A DNA stretch of 64,000 nucleotides from IMG/VR virus record IMGVR_UViG_3300032233_002657, positions 96,001 through 160,000 of that record; one strand, written 5' to 3'. The notes below the pieces were generated by a model that saw only the letters and a program-made list of their open reading frames with translations, made no database searches and was not told the origin of the DNA. This document shows positions 48,601 to 56,621 of the stretch, piece by piece. Positions within the stretch are counted from its first letter, which is position 1, and each line of letters starts with the position of its first letter. Source of the DNA: a virus (taxonomy: Duplodnaviria; Caudoviricetes). A program made the translations under genes and the position numbers.

Positions 48601-50092
48601 TACCGCCTGAAAGAGCCGCTATTTTAATGTTATTAGGGTCTCTTAGCTGATTAGGGAATGCTACTATCTCCTTGGTCATTTCTTCTGGAGTTCTCCACAC
48701 ATCCTTATTAGTGGAGACGTCTCTAAAGCTGCCGTACACCTTACCATCTAAACCTTTACGGGAGTTGATGGCGATGCGGCTGTCCACGCCTACCTTTAAT
48801 GACTCTGGAGTAAGCAGAGGGTCAATAAACCCAAAGTGAGAAGGCTGCACGTTTCTAGCTTCTTCAGGAACTGACTGCAGGGATGGTATACCGCCTTCAC
48901 CTAGTCTGGTTACTCTTGTAATTTGATTTAGTAAATCAGCTGGATTTACTTCCTCAAGAGGCTGCCCCATTCCGCTGGTAGAGATAGCTCCGTTTACATG
49001 GGAGTCTAGAAACCCAGGGGAGAACGAGCTTAAATTTTGCTTGAAGCTAGCCTTCCAAAGCAGAGGTCGCATAACTCTGTGAGAGGACCTAACTCTTTCA
49101 GAGAATAAATCTTCAGGCCCTATCATCGATTGATAGGCCATGGCATCTCTGTCGTCTGGGTCTGACTCTCTTCTGTGAACAGCTAATATCTTTTTAGTTG
49201 CAGCTAGAATTGAGTCGGCTGAGACATTCTTATACGGCTGCCCAAGAGTTTTAAAATTAACGTCGGGGTCCATCTCCATTTTGGCTATGGCGTCTAATAC
49301 AGACTGCTTTCTGCTTTCTGGAGTAACTATGTCGCCTGGTTTAGACTTACCGATCTTACTAAATATCTTTTCCATGTGCTGCGGGTCATCAGTGGAGGCA
49401 TTAGAGTTATATATGTCATTACCCCAAGCTTCCCGTAGCTGCTTATCAGACGCCCCTAAAGCTTTTAGAAGAGGAGTTATGGGTACAGACGACTGTCCAA
49501 ACTTTATAGAGAATACGCCCTTTTCCGGATCCAGCGCATATTTATGGGATGCTCCTTTTCCCGGCATAATGTTAGCGTGGCTTTCAACTTCGCCGCTGTG
49601 CGTTATTCTTGTAAAGACTCCAGGCTTAAGCCTCATTTGATTGGCTAGAGTGTATTCTGTGCCGTTAAGAATGAAAGTACCTCTATCAGTGAGATAGGGT
49701 ATTTTAGCCAAGGTTGTTCGTTTGCTTTCTATGATATCGCCGGTAACACTGTCTGTGAGGTTAAGCGTGCCTTTAAGGCTTCTGTTTAGCGTCTGGCCTT
49801 TAAGTATAGCTTCCTTCTGCGCTTTTATAGATTTGGTTTCTTCGTTGTCGCCCCACCCTACATCTGTAACACTAAGCGTGTGCCTTTGATTTACAATAGG
49901 TTCAAATTTAGAGGCAGTGGCTAGAACCCCGCCAAATATAGCGGATCTAGTAGCTTTCATGTCGTCAAACTTACGCATGGTTGGGTCAGCCATGGGCGCA
50001 AGCGGCATGGGCGCAAGCTTTGGCGGCGAGCTCAGCGCAGGAGTTGAAAGAACTCCTAAAGAGCTATCGTTATCTGGTAGAACTCCAGCCAT
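45638..50092 (-). CDS. rpoBC: Phage RNA polymerase: beta subunit fused to the N-terminal half of beta'
   Basis: Beta motifs GTFILNGTEY, HFGFIDPLLTPES, GFNFEDAIVISE, GDKLSGRYGDKGVIS, LLNPLG; then beta' motifs VPVLPPLFRP, RAPVLHR and catalytic GADFDGD. Confidence 0.92.
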   Translation of the reverse strand: MAGVLPDNDSSLGVLSTPALSSPPKLAPMPLAPMADPTMRKFDDMKATRSAIFGGVLATASKFEPIVNQRHTLSVTDVGWGDNEETKSIKAQKEAILKGQTLNRSLKGTLNLTDSVTGDIIESKRTTLAKIPYLTDRGTFILNGTEYTLANQMRLKPGVFTRITHSGEVESHANIMPGKGASHKYALDPEKGVFSIKFGQSSVPITPLLKALGASDKQLREAWGNDIYNSNASTDDPQHMEKIFSKIGKSKPGDIVTPESRKQSVLDAIAKMEMDPDVNFKTLGQPYKNVSADSILAATKKILAVHRRESDPDDRDAMAYQSMIGPEDLFSERVRSSHRVMRPLLWKASFKQNLSSFSPGFLDSHVNGAISTSGMGQPLEEVNPADLLNQITRVTRLGEGGIPSLQSVPEEARNVQPSHFGFIDPLLTPESLKVGVDSRIAINSRKGLDGKVYGSFRDVSTNKDVWRTPEEMTKEIVAFPNQLRDPNNIKIAALSGGKIKYVNRDEVAYELPRMESSFNQLANLIPLKSATKGQRVMMGARMLTQALPLQNPQSPYVQSGMPDEEDKSYEEEYGSHMGAVRSQNAGQVIKVDGDEIHIRGEDGQLHKTELYNNLPFNRKTFLHNTPSVSVGDVVGKGDLLAKSNYTDDKGTTALGTNLRTAYIPYKGFNFEDAIVISEGAAKRLTSEHMYQHETEFGPDTKQGKRAFLTLFPSNYTKEHVGNMDDNGVVKPGTVVRTGDPLIFQANILSRAHNQQVGRSRTGFNDASVTWDHENEGIVTDVTATKKGYAVSVKSLVPMKEGDKLSGRYGDKGVISTVVPDDKMPKGADGRPFEVLLNPLGIITRTNPGQMVEAALGKISEKTGKRYAVKDFDNIEDLTEYAINELKKHNLSDMEDIEDPDTGRKIKGIFTGNRFFMKLHHTSESKGQGRGVSSGYTAEETPAKGGETGSKRMALMDVNALLSHGAHEVLRDAGAIRGQKNEDYWAAFMTGKPLPIPRVPLTYRKFMSQLQAAGINPVRKGSKTQLMAMTSADVDSLSGTREITRSDTVDWSGSMKPVGGGLFDPTLTGGHGGTMWSHIKLHEPMPNPVMEEPIRRVLGLTENKFRDVLAGREELNGIKGPGAISGALKKMNVDQEILKARAQIASGKKSYRDTAVRKLGYLKTSKDLGMHPSDWVLDKVPVLPPLFRPVSIMQSSGLPMVGDANYLYKELIDSNSEMKEASNHFTDLSDHRLAVYDSFKGVTGMADTSNPKLEQKNVKGILKQVFGDNPKFGVLQRKLLASNVDMVGRAAITPNPDLDMDQVGLPEDRAWAVYKPFIMRRLIRRGVDRFKAADLIESKDKMAMDAMLAEMDARPVIITRAPVLHRYGVMAFRPQLVKGSTLQVPPIIVKGFGADFDGDAMNYHVPTTDESVKDALEKMLPSRNLLAVKNFKVHQLPMNEYQGGLYTATSEASKRPEKYFKTKMDAVRAYKAGEISANDKVVIVG
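48711..48726. repeat. Dispersed palindrome, copy 6 (GTGGAGACGTCTCTAA, 14/16)
   Basis: Read directly; inside the RNAP gene. Confidence 0.75.
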
Positions 50093-50093
50093 T

Positions 50094-51131
50094 TTAGTCC
50101 TTATTAATTAGCCGCTTTAAAGCGTTTCTAGCGGGCTTTATAGAATTTTTAGCTTTGTTAATTCTTACAGGAACTGGAACAGAGTAGATGGGCATGCCTT
50201 CAGCATTGCGCCTTGAAAGAAACTCATTAAGGTATCGCTCAGAAGCTAAACGCTCTGGATCGTTTTTCTTTGCTTCTCTATACCCTTTTACGGTTCCTGC
50301 AGTGCCTAACCCTAAAGTTAAGGCGCCTAAAAGTCCGGCGTACCCTTTAAATGCTTTGTCAGCATTGTTAAGCCCGTAGGCCAGGCCTCCTAGCGCGTTT
50401 GAACCAGCACCTACAACTCCTTTGCCTAAGGATAAAGCGCCTGACATTAAGTCAGCCCCTAGGTCAGCAGATTTTTCAAGGTTGTTTTGCCCTACGCAAG
50501 CCTCAGCTAGCTTCTCTAGGTCTGCAGCTAAAGAAGACATCTCAGAACTTGCTGCCTTTTCTGCTACGGCCCTTTCAGCCGTAACAGGTCGGTTTAATCG
50601 GTTGGAGTGTGACTCTATGAGAGCTTCCCCAAACTCTTTCTTGGCTTCTTCTAGCTCTGTTAAATGATCTTCTTTTATTTTGTTCTTTAAAACGTAGTTC
50701 AGCAGCATGTTGCTGCCTATAGCAGGACCGGCGGCCGAAGCTACAATAGCTGGTAAATAGTAAGGGTTAGTTAAAGATTTTAAACTAAACGCAGTCTTTA
50801 CATCGCTATGAGATGATTTCTTTTCTGTGTCCTTATCTGGAGCTTCGGCCAAGTCTTGACTAGGCTTAAATGTTTGTAGCTTTTTAGCTTTTCCTTTAAA
50901 CCTTTTCTTTCTTGTTTTTTCGAAGAAGTCACTTGTAGAAGGCAGAGCCTCTTGGCCGGGAACCGGTACTTCTATTACAGGGGAGCCTATGCTCATAACT
51001 TTATCTCTAAATAGGGCGCCAGGTCTAAGGTATTTGCTCAGCGCTACAGCAGATCCTCCAAGAAGGCTAGCTAGGCCCAACCGCTTCATGTCGAAGATTT
51101 CTTCGGGACTGAACAATGATTTCTTAAGCAT
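50094..51131 (-). CDS. K-x-A / glycine-zipper membrane-type protein
   Basis: VKTAF, EKAAS, EKLAE, EKSAD; hydrophobic segment YAGLLGALTLGLGTAG. Confidence 0.6.
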   Translation of the reverse strand: MLKKSLFSPEEIFDMKRLGLASLLGGSAVALSKYLRPGALFRDKVMSIGSPVIEVPVPGQEALPSTSDFFEKTRKKRFKGKAKKLQTFKPSQDLAEAPDKDTEKKSSHSDVKTAFSLKSLTNPYYLPAIVASAAGPAIGSNMLLNYVLKNKIKEDHLTELEEAKKEFGEALIESHSNRLNRPVTAERAVAEKAASSEMSSLAADLEKLAEACVGQNNLEKSADLGADLMSGALSLGKGVVGAGSNALGGLAYGLNNADKAFKGYAGLLGALTLGLGTAGTVKGYREAKKNDPERLASERYLNEFLSRRNAEGMPIYSVPVPVRINKAKNSIKPARNALKRLINKD

Positions 51132-51485
51132 CTAACTTCTCCTGTTTGGCGCCAGCTTTCCTTGAACGTCAGCCCACTCCATGTGAATGCTAAGCTTTTT
51201 ATCTTCAGAGATAATCTTAGTCCTGTCGATTATAACACAGGCCCTGTTGGCGGCTAAGTCTCTAATCTTCGTGTATTCCTTAAGGTCTTCAGGATTACTA
51301 AGGTCAAATATCTTTACTTTAACGTCATACTGAAGAGGTATATTTTCATACTCCTCTTGAGTAGTGTTTGGGGCCATTGGGCCTCCTAAAATAGGAAAAC
51401 CCTGAGACGTCGTCCCAGTGGTCTGCCTATATTTAACTCCTACACCACCTAATCCAAACTGACTTAAAATAGCGCTGTCTCTCAT
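51132..51485 (-). CDS. Hypothetical protein
   Basis: 117 aa in operon. Confidence 0.6.
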   Translation of the reverse strand: MRDSAILSQFGLGGVGVKYRQTTGTTSQGFPILGGPMAPNTTQEEYENIPLQYDVKVKIFDLSNPEDLKEYTKIRDLAANRACVIIDRTKIISEDKKLSIHMEWADVQGKLAPNRRS

Positions 51486-51495
51486 GGTCGTCTTT

Positions 51496-52458
51496 CTAAT
51501 ATCGGGTTATTCCGGACATACCTCTATCACGAGCTCTTCGACGTCTTGTGAGTTCGGCTTGCCGTTTAATAGTTTCGGCTTGCCTATCGTATTCATTTAT
51601 AATTTCTTCTTTCAAAAGATCATCTTTATCTGGCAGTGGAGCTTTAAAAGCTTCGTGAATGCCAGGGCCTACTATGTTCTTACCGGCGTAATAACCGCCG
51701 CCAGCTGTTAGTGCTGCGGTTCCTAAAGCAAGAGCCGGTACTGTGCGTATTAGTTCGCCTAAGGCTGCCAAGTTTGCCTTCTTCTCTACAGCATGCAAAG
51801 CCTGCTTTACTCTTAACTTTATCTCATCGATAGTAAGTCCGTCTTCTATGCACTTAGCTAGAAAGGCTACTTTGAACATTTGTTTGTCAGTCATAGCTGA
51901 TCCTTGCTTATCGGCCATAGGGGCTGACGTGGGTGTAGCTGAAGGGGCTGGGGTAACAGAGGGAGCGATAGGGGCAGGGGCTGAGCCTACTGCGCCCATA
52001 GGGGCCGGGGTTGGAGACGGGCTAGGAGCTGGAGATGGCACTGCTGGCGGTACGTACCCAGGAGACCCTTCGACTAAATCATTTTTGTGAGGCAACCATT
52101 TTTGATTTTTTCTGTCCCAGCCTATGTTGGTATCTAGCGCTTTAGTCTTCTGTGGATTACCGGCAAACCTTTTATAATCAGAGGCGTAGGTTTGGAATTT
52201 CATGTTATCAGAATTTTTGTTAGCTGCCCCTAGCTGCAACCCAAGAAGGGTAGCATGATAACTGTTAGGGTTGTCCCACTCTGCCTGGGGTATTCCAAAC
52301 TGATCTGTTATCTTTTTTTGCAGGCTAGGGTGGAGATCCGAGAAGTTCGCCCGCCCTAGCTCTACTCCTCCGTTATTGGCGGCGTACCTGGCGGCTGAGG
52401 CATGGACCTGATCGGGTGTTGATGGTCTTCTTTGTGGGACGGTTACTGGGTTAGGCAT
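51496..52458 (-). CDS. K-x-A protein with Pro-rich linker and hydrophobic helix
   Basis: PSPAPSPSPTP linker; FKVAF, EKKAN; ALALGTAALTAGGGYYAG. Confidence 0.6.
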   Translation of the reverse strand: MPNPVTVPQRRPSTPDQVHASAARYAANNGGVELGRANFSDLHPSLQKKITDQFGIPQAEWDNPNSYHATLLGLQLGAANKNSDNMKFQTYASDYKRFAGNPQKTKALDTNIGWDRKNQKWLPHKNDLVEGSPGYVPPAVPSPAPSPSPTPAPMGAVGSAPAPIAPSVTPAPSATPTSAPMADKQGSAMTDKQMFKVAFLAKCIEDGLTIDEIKLRVKQALHAVEKKANLAALGELIRTVPALALGTAALTAGGGYYAGKNIVGPGIHEAFKAPLPDKDDLLKEEIINEYDRQAETIKRQAELTRRRRARDRGMSGITRY

Positions 52459-52462
52459 GATG

Positions 52463-52831
52463 TTATCCTAGTATAATTCCTGAGTTAGTTACGCCCTTCT
52501 CTACGCTAGCCCCGGTTGACCAAATCTTTCGGTTGTCGTGCGCTAATTGCTTAGCTACTCTAGGATCCGTAGGATCCCCTTGCTCTTTGGCTTCCTGTAC
52601 ACACAGCATAATATCCCTAGCTGCTGAAATCAACTTTTGCTTGTCGTCATAGTGTTGAGCCCTTGAGGCTTCTTCAAATAAAGCCTTAGCTCTCTTGCGC
52701 ATGACCGCCGTCGGTTCTACTTTAGTTGACCCGTCTCGCCCGTCGTAAATGTTAACTAGACCGTGCTCGGCCCAAAACTCTATTTGGTTATACTTGTAAG
52801 CTTTTTTAGTATTTATAACCGGAATATCCAT
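52463..52831 (-). CDS. Hypothetical protein
   Basis: GAGGA RBS; 122 aa. Confidence 0.6.
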   Translation of the reverse strand: MDIPVINTKKAYKYNQIEFWAEHGLVNIYDGRDGSTKVEPTAVMRKRAKALFEEASRAQHYDDKQKLISAARDIMLCVQEAKEQGDPTDPRVAKQLAHDNRKIWSTGASVEKGVTNSGIILG

Positions 52832-52894
52832 GTGGTCCTCTTTTCCTATTAATTAAGAATAATACACTAATCTAACTAGCATGTCACCTAGTAT

Positions 52895-54190
52895 TTAGTG
52901 CCCGAACAGGCCCGGCACTATGGTTTTTATAGCCCCAGCCATAATCCCAGCGTTCTGTAATGTACGCTGCGCCTGAGGGGTAAGCCCAGCCAAAGCTCCA
53001 AGGACTTTACCGCCAATGGTTGCCTGTGCATAGCCCGCTCCCATTCCTATTCCTATTTTAGCTATGTCCATGGGGGTTATGAATCCTGAGCTGCCGTTGA
53101 GAGTATTAGCTGCCCCTACGATACCCATTGTGGCGGCTTGCATGCTTGAAGAAGAGAACGGGTCGCCCATGACTACTCTGTTAAAGGCATCCACAGGAAT
53201 AGGGGCTAAGTAAAGAGAGTCACTGTTGCCAAAGAAGTCGGCTGCCTTCTTCATCTCGTCAGAAATCTGTGGCTGTATATCTGACAAAGAGTCAGAGGCT
53301 TGTTTTAAATTAGAGTTACCAAATAAGACGTTTGGTCTTATAAAAGAGTTAAATGAGGTTCTGTGCCTATCTGGGTTAGATGGGTCGTCCCAATTAGACA
53401 TGCCTACGCCGCCTAGCGCAGCCCCAGGCAGAGCTCCTAACGCTCCTCCAAGTACAGCTAGCCTTTTTCGAAGCTTCCCCTTTTCAAAGACCTCAGGGGC
53501 AAACGTTTCAGCCAAAGCACCTGCTCCGTACCCTAGACCCGCAGTTAAAGCTCCACCGGCTATCATAGATGCCAACGGAGTGGCTCCGCCTATGGCGTCG
53601 GTAAAACCAGATGGCTTTATCGCAAATGCCTGAGCCATCGGGCCAGCTACACTTGATATGGTTGTAGCAGACTTCACTAGTATCCAAGGGCGGTTTAAGT
53701 TAGGGCGCCCTATCTTATGATGAATTCCATTTTTCTCTAAAACTGTGGAGACGTCTCCACTCGGAATGGCTCCATAATCGTCCACTAAAACCTTGTCGTT
53801 TAATGGGCTTACCCAAGCTCGCATATTTGGAAGAAGCGCCCTTGCAACCTTTTCAAAAATAGATTTTGCAGCTGATGTGTAAGTGTTGACAAGCTCAGGC
53901 ACATAGCTCCAGGATAAATCTGATGAAATTTTATTTAAGGCTTCTTGCCTCTTTATCGTATAAGGGATAATATCTCTTGGAGCGTGGACTTTGAATGATG
54001 TAGGCACGTGCGTAACTCCCACAAATTTCTTGTTAAGATCGGAATCTATGAGGAAATCTTCAGGTCTGCTCATAAACAGATTCCTTAATATTTTGTTCTT
54101 CTCATGATAATTTTTACCGTCCGACATGGCTTTTGCTTGCAACAGCAAATGAAGGTCGGCTTTGGGGTTGCGTTCTACCTGTGGCTGCAT
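52895..54190 (-). CDS. K-x-A / glycine-zipper membrane-type protein
   Basis: GGAGG RBS before the ATG at 54190; VKSAT, LKQAS, KKAAD; several GxxxG hydrophobic segments. Confidence 0.65.
   Translation of the reverse strand: MQPQVERNPKADLHLLLQAKAMSDGKNYHEKNKILRNLFMSRPEDFLIDSDLNKKFVGVTHVPTSFKVHAPRDIIPYTIKRQEALNKISSDLSWSYVPELVNTYTSAAKSIFEKVARALLPNMRAWVSPLNDKVLVDDYGAIPSGDVSTVLEKNGIHHKIGRPNLNRPWILVKSATTISSVAGPMAQAFAIKPSGFTDAIGGATPLASMIAGGALTAGLGYGAGALAETFAPEVFEKGKLRKRLAVLGGALGALPGAALGGVGMSNWDDPSNPDRHRTSFNSFIRPNVLFGNSNLKQASDSLSDIQPQISDEMKKAADFFGNSDSLYLAPIPVDAFNRVVMGDPFSSSSMQAATMGIVGAANTLNGSSGFITPMDIAKIGIGMGAGYAQATIGGKVLGALAGLTPQAQRTLQNAGIMAGAIKTIVPGLFGH
53745..53760. repeat. Dispersed palindrome, copy 7 (perfect)
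   Basis: Read directly. Confidence 0.9.
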
Positions 54191-54296
54191 TACAAAATCC
54201 TCCACCCCGATAGTAACAACTATTAGCTCTTCAAGCCATAGTTGATACTGTGTATGCAGGAATTACTTAACTTAGGTGAAATAGGAGATTCAGTAA

Positions 54297-56558
54297 ATGG
54301 TCCCAGTTAGCAAAAAAAGTACAAGTGTAGGCGTAAAGAAAGTAGAAAAAAGAAACGGTAGTGTAGATGACTTTGATGTGCAGAAAATAGCATTAGCTAT
54401 AGAGCGCTGCTTTAAGAACGGCCTTCAGAGCACTGATGAAGAAGCTCAGGTAGCCGGAATTAAAGTTTCAAAGGCAGTTGTCAACATTCTTAATAAAAGG
54501 GTCGACGAAGAAGTCATAACCGTAGAAGCCTTGCAGCGTCTTGTGATTCAGCAGCTTTGGGCTTTAGGTCACTTCGAAGCCGCAGAGCAATATACTCTGT
54601 TTAAAGAAAAAAGAAGGCAAGAAAGAATAGCTCACCCAGTTGACGCTGAGCTTAGAAAGTTAGTGGAAGAGGATTCTGTATATTTTCCATCTGCGCTTCA
54701 GTACTACCAGTTCATTAGCAAGTTCTCCAAGTGGGACGAAGTCCTAGGCAGAAGAGAGACATGGGGAGAGTGTGTTAATCGAGTTATGAACTTCTTTACC
54801 AAGCAGACCTTTGGTGAAAAGCTTACTAAGATAGAAATAAAAGAACTTAGAGAGTCACTTCTTAAGATGGACGCTACTCCAGCCATGCGAGTTATTCAGA
54901 TGGCAGGGCCCGCGCTAGACCGTTGCCATGTAGGAGTTTACAACTGCAGCTACATGCCTCTATGCGACATACGATCTTTTAGTGAACTGCTATATATTCT
55001 TATGCAGGGCACTGGGGCTGGGTTTTCCGTAGAGCGTAAGTATGTTGAACAACTTCCAGCTGTAAGAAGGCAGATAGGAAAGCCTCCAGCAAAAATGGGC
55101 GTCATGGACACCACCGAAGGTTGGTGCGATGCTCTGTTCGCAGGAATGGATGCTTGGTTCAACGGTAAAGATATAGAGTTTGATTTTAGTAAAGTAAGAC
55201 CAGCTGGCGCTAGGCTAAGCATCAAAGGCGGAAGAGCTAGCGGGCCTGGGCCTCTAAAAGATTTGCTTCAGTTTGCTAGGACTCTTATTCTGTCTAGACA
55301 GGGTAGGTCATTGTCTGACATAGACTGCCATGACCTAGCGTGCATGACTGGAAAAATAGTTCAGGTAGGCGGAGTTCGCAGAGCCAGTGAGATATCCCTC
55401 AGCGATCTTGATTCTGCAGAGATGAGAGGAGCTAAGTCAGGTCCTTGGTGGCAAAACTCTATTCATCGGTCTATGGCTAATAACTCTGCTGTTTATAACG
55501 TTAAGCCTAACGCTATAGATTTTATGGATGAGTGGCTTTCTTTAGCAAAGAGCGGCTCTGGAGAAAGAGGAATATTTAACCGAGACGGAGTTCTTAGAAG
55601 TCTTCCAGAAAGAAGGCAGCAAAAAGACTTCGGTACAAATCCCTGCGCGGAGATTATTTTAAGGCCTTATCAGTTTTGTAACTTATCTATCGTTGTAGCA
55701 AGAGAGAACGATACGGTAGAAAGCCTTAAGCGCAAAGTAAAAGTAGCCGCCATCTTCGGCACTATGCAGAGCTGCCTTACTGACTTCAAGTACATTCGTA
55801 GGGAATGGAAAGATAACTGCCAAGAAGAAAGATTACTAGGGGTGGACATTACAGGACAAATGGACTGCCCGCTTTTGAGGCCTGGCGCTGAAGGCAGGGA
55901 CGAGCTTCTTAAAAAGTTAAGGGCCATAGCTGGAAAGACAAACGCCGAATACGCTGAAAGGTTTGGTATAAACAGGTCTGCGTCGGATACCTGTGTAAAG
56001 CCGTCTGGGAATAGTTCAGTGATGTTTGGCTGCTCTTCTGGTATACATGCCAGGTTTGCATCCCACTACGTACGCAGAGTTAGGGAGCGCGCGGACAGCC
56101 CTGTAGCTCATATGCTAGTCGATGCAGGGGTTCCTTGGATTCAAGCTCCTGAAGATCCTTCGCTTATATGCTTTGAGTTTCCTTGCGCTGCTCCAGCAGG
56201 GGCTGTAACAAAGGATGACCAAACAGTAATAGACCAATTAGACAACTGGTTATGCTGGAAGAAGAACTGGGCAGAGCACTCTGTATCCGCAACCATTTAC
56301 GTTGAGCCAGAAGAGTGGCTGACTGCAGGCCACTGGGTATACGAAAACTTTGACGCTATATCTGGGCTTAGTTTTCTTCCTAGGGATAACGGCACCTACA
56401 CCGGAACTCCTTACGAAGAGATAACGGAAGCGGAGTACAACAGCCGAGTGGAGACGTTTCCAAAGGTAGACTGGGCTAAGCTCTCTAGGTATGAGAAAAC
56501 TGACCACACTGAGTCAGCTCAAACCTACGCCTGCACCAGTGGCGGATGCGATATGTAA
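54297..56558 (+). CDS. nrdJ: Class II (B12-dependent) ribonucleotide reductase with N-terminal ATP cone
   Basis: VEKRNG ATP cone, RRETWGE, YNC, GTGAGF, GGVRR, TNPCAEI, VKPSGN, C-terminal CTSGGC; no NrdB adjacent. Confidence 0.88.
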   Translation: MVPVSKKSTSVGVKKVEKRNGSVDDFDVQKIALAIERCFKNGLQSTDEEAQVAGIKVSKAVVNILNKRVDEEVITVEALQRLVIQQLWALGHFEAAEQYTLFKEKRRQERIAHPVDAELRKLVEEDSVYFPSALQYYQFISKFSKWDEVLGRRETWGECVNRVMNFFTKQTFGEKLTKIEIKELRESLLKMDATPAMRVIQMAGPALDRCHVGVYNCSYMPLCDIRSFSELLYILMQGTGAGFSVERKYVEQLPAVRRQIGKPPAKMGVMDTTEGWCDALFAGMDAWFNGKDIEFDFSKVRPAGARLSIKGGRASGPGPLKDLLQFARTLILSRQGRSLSDIDCHDLACMTGKIVQVGGVRRASEISLSDLDSAEMRGAKSGPWWQNSIHRSMANNSAVYNVKPNAIDFMDEWLSLAKSGSGERGIFNRDGVLRSLPERRQQKDFGTNPCAEIILRPYQFCNLSIVVARENDTVESLKRKVKVAAIFGTMQSCLTDFKYIRREWKDNCQEERLLGVDITGQMDCPLLRPGAEGRDELLKKLRAIAGKTNAEYAERFGINRSASDTCVKPSGNSSVMFGCSSGIHARFASHYVRRVRERADSPVAHMLVDAGVPWIQAPEDPSLICFEFPCAAPAGAVTKDDQTVIDQLDNWLCWKKNWAEHSVSATIYVEPEEWLTAGHWVYENFDAISGLSFLPRDNGTYTGTPYEEITEAEYNSRVETFPKVDWAKLSRYEKTDHTESAQTYACTSGGCDM
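56448..56463. repeat. Dispersed palindrome, copy 8 (GTGGAGACGTTTCCAA, 14/16)
   Basis: Read directly; inside nrdJ. Confidence 0.7.
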
Positions 56559-56561
56559 TGT

Positions 56562-56617
56562 CTGATAGCTAAAAAAAATCACCTCCATGTTCTTAAGAAC
56601 TGGAGGTGTTTTGTTTT
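56562..56617. terminator. Bidirectional terminator with tail CTGATAGCTAAAAAAAA
   Basis: CACCTCCA...TGGAGGTG stem between convergent genes; the 17-bp tail is repeated at 58056. Confidence 0.75.
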
Positions 56618-56621
56618 AATA

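Noticed and set aside
38624-50092. Cellular rpoBC operon or host contamination
   Set aside because: No ribosomal-protein context, strongly diverged motifs, and embedded seamlessly among phage head genes
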